Shown one piece after another: positions 5,544 to 9,079 of a DNA stretch of 9,079 bases (positions within the stretch are counted from its first letter, which is position 1; each line of letters opens with the position of its first letter). A program made the position numbers and the translations under genes. Below the pieces are notes generated by a model. It saw nothing but the letters and a program-made list of their open reading frames with translations, had not been told where the DNA came from and did not search any database. The DNA is from Zestosphaera tikiterensis (lineage in GTDB: Archaea; Thermoproteota; Thermoprotei_A; Sulfolobales; NBVN01). The stretch covers positions 1-9,079 of the forward strand of contig NBVN01000011.1 of NCBI GenBank assembly GCA_003056265.1, in the 5' to 3' direction.

Positions 5544-6158
5544 GGTTTCTAGGTGGTTTAGTCTCGCAAGCACTTCTTTTGATTTGGTTAGTCCTGAGGC
5601 TATGAGGTCGGCGAGTCTCAGAGGTTCTGGTGTTGTTGATGTTGTCTGTAGCTTATATAGGGTTTTAACTAGTTCATCGTCTTCGATTCCGTAGGTTGTT
5701 ACTGTAAGTGTTTTCTTAGGTGTTTTCACTTGTTTTGCTTTTAGGTAGTTTTTCTCTATGACTTCATACCTAACTATCCAGTCGTTGAAGTGCTTCATTA
5801 AAGCTTTCTTAATCTTATCTAGTTTAAGCTTTGTTTTAAATATGACGATCACAGGGGCTCCAACCTCAACGTATATTTCCTCAGGGTCTACGTAGTTAAA
5901 GCCTGCTATGGTTACCCCGTCTAGGAATATAGCGTTTAACCCTTCACCCCTCGCTAACTCCTTAACTATGTTTAAAGCTACTTCAGTGCCGTTAACCCCG
6001 TCTACGTCTATCAACTCTATCTTAAGCTTCGCTGGATCCACACCAACGCATAAAACACCTACGGCTAAAGTCTTGAGTTTCAACCTCTTAAACTCCGGTG
6101 GGAAGTACCCGTCATCTACCCCTATAGTTCTTAACGAGTGAAGCGATTCTTGCGTCAT
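5538..6158 (-). CDS. UPF0215 / DUF99 family protein (predicted endonuclease-V-like fold)
   Basis: 206 aa. N-terminal IGVDDGYF and C-terminal PEPLRLADLIASG match, from memory, the conserved ends of archaeal DUF99 proteins. The central GVTIAGFNYVD and PVIVI segments also fit. The ATG at 6156-6158 lies 47 nt inside the 3' end of orc1. Confidence 0.8.
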   Translation of the reverse strand: MTQESLHSLRTIGVDDGYFPPEFKRLKLKTLAVGVLCVGVDPAKLKIELIDVDGVNGTEVALNIVKELARGEGLNAIFLDGVTIAGFNYVDPEEIYVEVGAPVIVIFKTKLKLDKIKKALMKHFNDWIVRYEVIEKNYLKAKQVKTPKKTLTVTTYGIEDDELVKTLYKLQTTSTTPEPLRLADLIASGLTKSKEVLARLNHLETF

Positions 6159-7329
6159 CGCTTAACGCCTTAACCATTGTGTTATAGTCTGTCGCGAGGC
6201 TTATCTGCCTTGTCTTACCGTACCTACCCCTATTAACCACTTTAGCAGTTACTAAACCAAGCATCTCCAACTCACTCACTATGTCTGAAACCCTCCTCTG
6301 AGTAACTGGCTCGGAACCTAAAGCTTTAACTAACTCTCTATAGCTTACGTAAAGATCTCCAGTGCTGTCGAACCTACCCCCAGCTAAAGCTATAGCCAGT
6401 AAAACCAACTTACTATGTTGGGGGAGGGTTTTAACGACGTCGATAACCATATCCCTCTCGATCTCCTCACGCGCTTTAACCACGTGTTCAACCTTAACGA
6501 CCCTATCCCCAAGCCTCTCAGCTATCTCCCCAGCAACTCTAAGGAGGTCTAAAGCCCTTCTCGCATCACCGTGTTCTTTAGCCGCTACGGAAGCGCAGTA
6601 CTCTATAACCCCCTCATCCAAAACACCCGGTTTGAAAGCCTTCGCAGCCCTCTCCCTTAAAATATCTGAAAGCTGTATAGCGTCGTAAGGCGGGAAAACA
6701 AGCTCGACCTCACTTAAGCTGGACTTAACCCTAGGGTCTAACTTCTCCATAAACTTAACGTCGTTAGTTATCCCTATAACTGAAACCTTACTCCTACTTA
6801 ACTCGTCGTTAACCCTAGTAAGTCTGTAGAGTAACTCATCACCAGCCCTACTAACTAGCGAGTCAATCTCATCTAAAACTATTATCATAACCCTACCTAA
6901 GGACTCCAACCTATTCTTAAACCTCCTGAAGACCTCAGCCGTGGATAAACCCGTGAAAGGCACCCTACCACCTAAAGTCTCAACTAAAGAAGCCATAACC
7001 CTATAGGTGGTGTCGTCGTTCCTGCAGTTAATATAGCATGAGAAAAACCCCCTCGAGCCGAAGCCCCTCCCATACTCCTCCAACCGCCTTAAGACGTACT
7101 TAACCACGGCTGTCTTGCCGGTGCCCGTCAAACCATATATAAATACGTTACTAGGCCTCTCACCCTTAAGTAGGGGGGCTAAAACACTGGTTAACTGCCT
7201 TATCTGCTCCTCCCTATGAGGCAGTGATTCAGGTATGTAATCCGGCCTTAAAACCTCCCTATTCAGGAAGACCGTATTCTCCAACTTCAGCAGGGTATCG
7301 GCTACTATGTCCCTGTTGTTGCTGGACAT
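6112..7329 (-). CDS. orc1/cdc6: Orc1/Cdc6 replication initiator (AAA+ plus winged helix)
   Basis: Conserved N-terminal LRPDYIPESLPHREEQI. Walker A GLTGTGKT. Walker B IIVLDEID. Sensor-2 region GDARRALDLLR. C-terminal winged-helix segment GRYGKTRQISL. The track start 7338 is GTG. ATG 7329 (MSSNNRD...) has GGAGGT 10 nt upstream and is preferred, though both remain possible. Confidence 0.95.
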   Translation of the reverse strand: MSSNNRDIVADTLLKLENTVFLNREVLRPDYIPESLPHREEQIRQLTSVLAPLLKGERPSNVFIYGLTGTGKTAVVKYVLRRLEEYGRGFGSRGFFSCYINCRNDDTTYRVMASLVETLGGRVPFTGLSTAEVFRRFKNRLESLGRVMIIVLDEIDSLVSRAGDELLYRLTRVNDELSRSKVSVIGITNDVKFMEKLDPRVKSSLSEVELVFPPYDAIQLSDILRERAAKAFKPGVLDEGVIEYCASVAAKEHGDARRALDLLRVAGEIAERLGDRVVKVEHVVKAREEIERDMVIDVVKTLPQHSKLVLLAIALAGGRFDSTGDLYVSYRELVKALGSEPVTQRRVSDIVSELEMLGLVTAKVVNRGRYGKTRQISLATDYNTMVKALSDDARIASLVKNYRGR

Positions 7330-7365
7330 CAACTCCACTACCTCCTAAAGATATGTAAGTCCACC

Positions 7366-7373
7366 TATTTAAA
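7366..7373 (-). promoter_or_regulatory. TATA box (minus strand TTTAAATA) for orc1
   Basis: Lies in the 52-nt spacer between the antiporter stop codon (7391) and orc1. Its centre is about 31 nt from GTG 7338 and about 40 nt from ATG 7329. Confidence 0.5.
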
Positions 7374-7390
7374 CTATCGATGTAAAAAAG

Positions 7391-8560
7391 TCAACCACCC
7401 CTGAAAAACCTACTTAACAAACTCAACGCAAAAGGTATTACCAAAGAGGAAGTCATTGAAATCAATAATACAGCCGTTAAAACCCTAGAGTCAATCAACC
7501 CGACGTTAAAAGCCGTAATAGCTAAAGCCGGTTCTAAAGAACCCCTTACGTTCATAGCCAACCCCATCAAAACACCCTCCCTTAAACTCCTTAAACCACC
7601 CTCCACGGCCACGTAGGCTAAAGAACCTAGGAACTTACCTAAGAAAGCTGAAGTAAGGAGAACAGCGAAAAACTTGAGGTCGACGGAGGTGAAGTCCACA
7701 TGCAGCCCTACGGAAACGAAGAAAATAGGAACTACGAAAAACTTCAACACGGTTGCGGCGTCCTCCATAAACTCGTTAAACCTAGTTACGTACCTTAGCG
7801 TCGGGTCCCTCAAAAGCTTAAACATACTGAATACCAACCCAGCTACGTAAGCACCTAAAACCTCATTAACGCCTAAAGCCATGCTAAGATATGAAAGAAG
7901 GAAGAAAGCAGATGATAAGGTAATGACGAACTCCTCCCAACTGAAGATCCTTACGTAACCTTCAGAAAGTCTTACGGCTACGTAAGCAGTAAGTAAAGGC
8001 AGACCTAAAACTAAGGCTTGCTTAACTACGTTGAAGGCAGGCGTTAAAACATCGTTAACCACTAAAACCTCAGTTAACGACGTAACGAACACTATGATTA
8101 AGTCATCCATAAACGAAGCACTTACTATGACGTCCTTTAAACCTCCGTAGCTTCCCAACCTATCCATAAGCAAGACAGCAACCTCCGTAGCCGTGTTAGA
8201 TAAGGAAACACCAACAACTAAAGACGGGACGACGTCTAAACCTAGATACCTTGAGGACGCGTAGGTGAAGGCCATAGTTAAAGCAACGCCTAACGAAGTA
8301 GCTAAAGCAGCTTCTAAAACGTGGTTTTTAAGGGATTTAAAATCTACGTTAAGACCTGCGTAGAAAACTAGGAAAAGCATTGCTAGAGAAACTAAAGAAC
8401 CCTCAACGTAACCGTTAACCAACCCAAGCCCGTGAGGTCCTAACAACATACCTACTAGTAAGTAAACACCTAAGGCGGATATCCCGCTACGTACGGTAGC
8501 GATAGCCGCTAACTGACTTATACCTAAGAGTAGGAGGAGATCTTTAAAATCTAAACCCAT
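7391..8560 (-). CDS. Monovalent cation:proton antiporter, CPA2-like (Na+/H+ exchanger family), with no soluble regulatory domain
   Basis: 389 aa, hydrophobic throughout (about 11-13 helices). Has the unwound-helix motif LSNTATEV, a DD pair in SFMDDLIIV (CPA2-type rather than the ND of CPA1), and a basic residue in MNVRGSLEP. It ends immediately after the last helix, so there is no KTN/RCK domain. Confidence 0.85.
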   Translation of the reverse strand: MGLDFKDLLLLLGISQLAAIATVRSGISALGVYLLVGMLLGPHGLGLVNGYVEGSLVSLAMLFLVFYAGLNVDFKSLKNHVLEAALATSLGVALTMAFTYASSRYLGLDVVPSLVVGVSLSNTATEVAVLLMDRLGSYGGLKDVIVSASFMDDLIIVFVTSLTEVLVVNDVLTPAFNVVKQALVLGLPLLTAYVAVRLSEGYVRIFSWEEFVITLSSAFFLLSYLSMALGVNEVLGAYVAGLVFSMFKLLRDPTLRYVTRFNEFMEDAATVLKFFVVPIFFVSVGLHVDFTSVDLKFFAVLLTSAFLGKFLGSLAYVAVEGGLRSLREGVLMGLAMNVRGSLEPALAITAFNVGLIDSRVLTAVLLISMTSSLVIPFALSLLSRFFRGG

Positions 8561-8569
8561 AAACTACTC

Positions 8570-8854
8570 TCAACCTTCCTCCTCACTCGAGGAGATCTCC
8601 TCAGACTCAACTATAACTTCATCAACGCTGTGTATAACCGCACCCATACCCTCTAAAGAACTTCTTAAACCGTCGAAGTCTATGTCATCCCCCTCAACCG
8701 TAACGTTTAAGGTAACGGTCTCAACATCTATCTCGTTAACAACCACGGAGACTCTCTTAACCCCATCCACCTTAGTTAGGTTTTGAGCTAACGTAACTAA
8801 GCTGTAGCCTTTAATAGGTTTCAACACATCCAACACTACTTTCTTAAGACCCAT
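8570..8854 (-). CDS. DUF211 family protein (COG1888-type small archaeal protein) with an acidic C-terminal tail
   Basis: VVLDVLKP...VVVNEIDVETVTLNVTVEGDDIDFDGL...GAVIHSVDEV matches, from memory, the conserved core of archaeal DUF211. The track start 8857 is TTG. The adjacent ATG 8854 with GTGGTGG 4 nt upstream is preferred. Its stop codon lies 9 nt before the antiporter ATG. Confidence 0.8.
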   Translation of the reverse strand: MGLKKVVLDVLKPIKGYSLVTLAQNLTKVDGVKRVSVVVNEIDVETVTLNVTVEGDDIDFDGLRSSLEGMGAVIHSVDEVIVESEEISSSEEEG

Positions 8855-8924
8855 CAAACCACCACGTAACTGAAAGAAAGGCTTACTACGTTAAGACGGG
8901 GGTTAAGGTCGAGCATCTCAGTAA

Positions 8925-9079
8925 CTACTTAACCCTCACTTTATTTACTTTCTTATTAGCCCAAGAATACCTTCTAATCCTTTTAGACCTTCCAAACCCG
9001 CAAGCCGCGCAGTAACCTTTAGCTACGTTATACGCGTGCCTACCGCATCTCCTACACCTTATGTGTGTTTTACCCTTAC
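8925..9079 (-). CDS. rpl37e: 50S ribosomal protein L37e (eL37), C-terminal 50 codons; the N-terminus lies beyond the right window edge
   Basis: Not in the ORF track. Hand translation of the minus strand from 9077 gives [50 protein letters not shown], then TAG (8925-8927). It has the C-x2-C-x14-C-x2-C zinc ribbon and the eL37 signature context. Confidence 0.9.
   Translation of the reverse strand, partial: KGKTHIRCRRCGRHAYNVAKGYCAACGFGRSKRIRRYSWANKKVNKVRVK

Noticed and set aside
5908-6688. Plus-strand ORFs 5908-6141 and 6362-6688
   Set aside because: They are antisense to the DUF99 and Orc1/Cdc6 genes. Both are Ser/Thr/Leu/Pro-rich shadow translations.
7331-7365. CTCCAC.../GTCCAC... near the orc1 start, as possible ORB or mini-ORB origin elements
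   Set aside because: Only the 5-nt core TCCAC is shared. The GGAAA(C) half and the G-string of canonical ORBs are absent. One copy overlaps the start-codon and SD region. This is retained only as a weak autoregulation idea in the orc1 finding.
1-9079. CRISPR arrays, transposons or IS elements, toxin-antitoxin pairs and known defence systems
   Set aside because: I saw no regularly spaced repeats of 24-40 nt, no terminal inverted repeats flanking an ORF, and no transposase, integrase, Cas or nuclease-helicase type proteins among the translated ORFs.

Overview
This is an archaeal chromosomal window. Evidence: Orc1/Cdc6, ribosomal protein L37e, the DUF99/UPF0215 and DUF211 families, A/T-rich TATA boxes about 27 nt upstream of starts, and a class II tRNA-Leu. 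It probably comes from a thermophilic crenarchaeon, but I cannot assign a species from the sequence alone.

The left half (1-5331) is a cell-surface and glycosylation neighbourhood:
- an edge-truncated polytopic membrane protein (minus strand, absent from the ORF track)
- a divergently transcribed, extremely Thr-rich protein anchored at both ends
- a small AhpD/CMD-family CxxC protein
- a GT4->GT2 glycosyltransferase pair on the minus strand
- a divergent GT2-like enzyme with a C-terminal membrane domain

The right half (5425-9079) is a tightly packed, all-minus-strand housekeeping block: tRNA-Leu(GAG), DUF99/UPF0215, Orc1/Cdc6, a CPA2-type cation:proton antiporter, DUF211, and the 3' part of rpl37e (edge-truncated, also absent from the ORF track).

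I saw no CRISPR array, transposase or integrase, toxin-antitoxin pair or recognisable defence gene.

The most unusual item is the roughly 45% threonine surface protein sitting beside three glycosyltransferases, which suggests a protein O-glycosylation module. That is inference only. Secondary points are an orc1 gene with no origin-sized spacer next to it, a 47-nt orc1/DUF99 overlap, and a DUF211-antiporter gene pair. Several ORF-track starts are GTG/TTG, and a better-supported start lies a few codons downstream.
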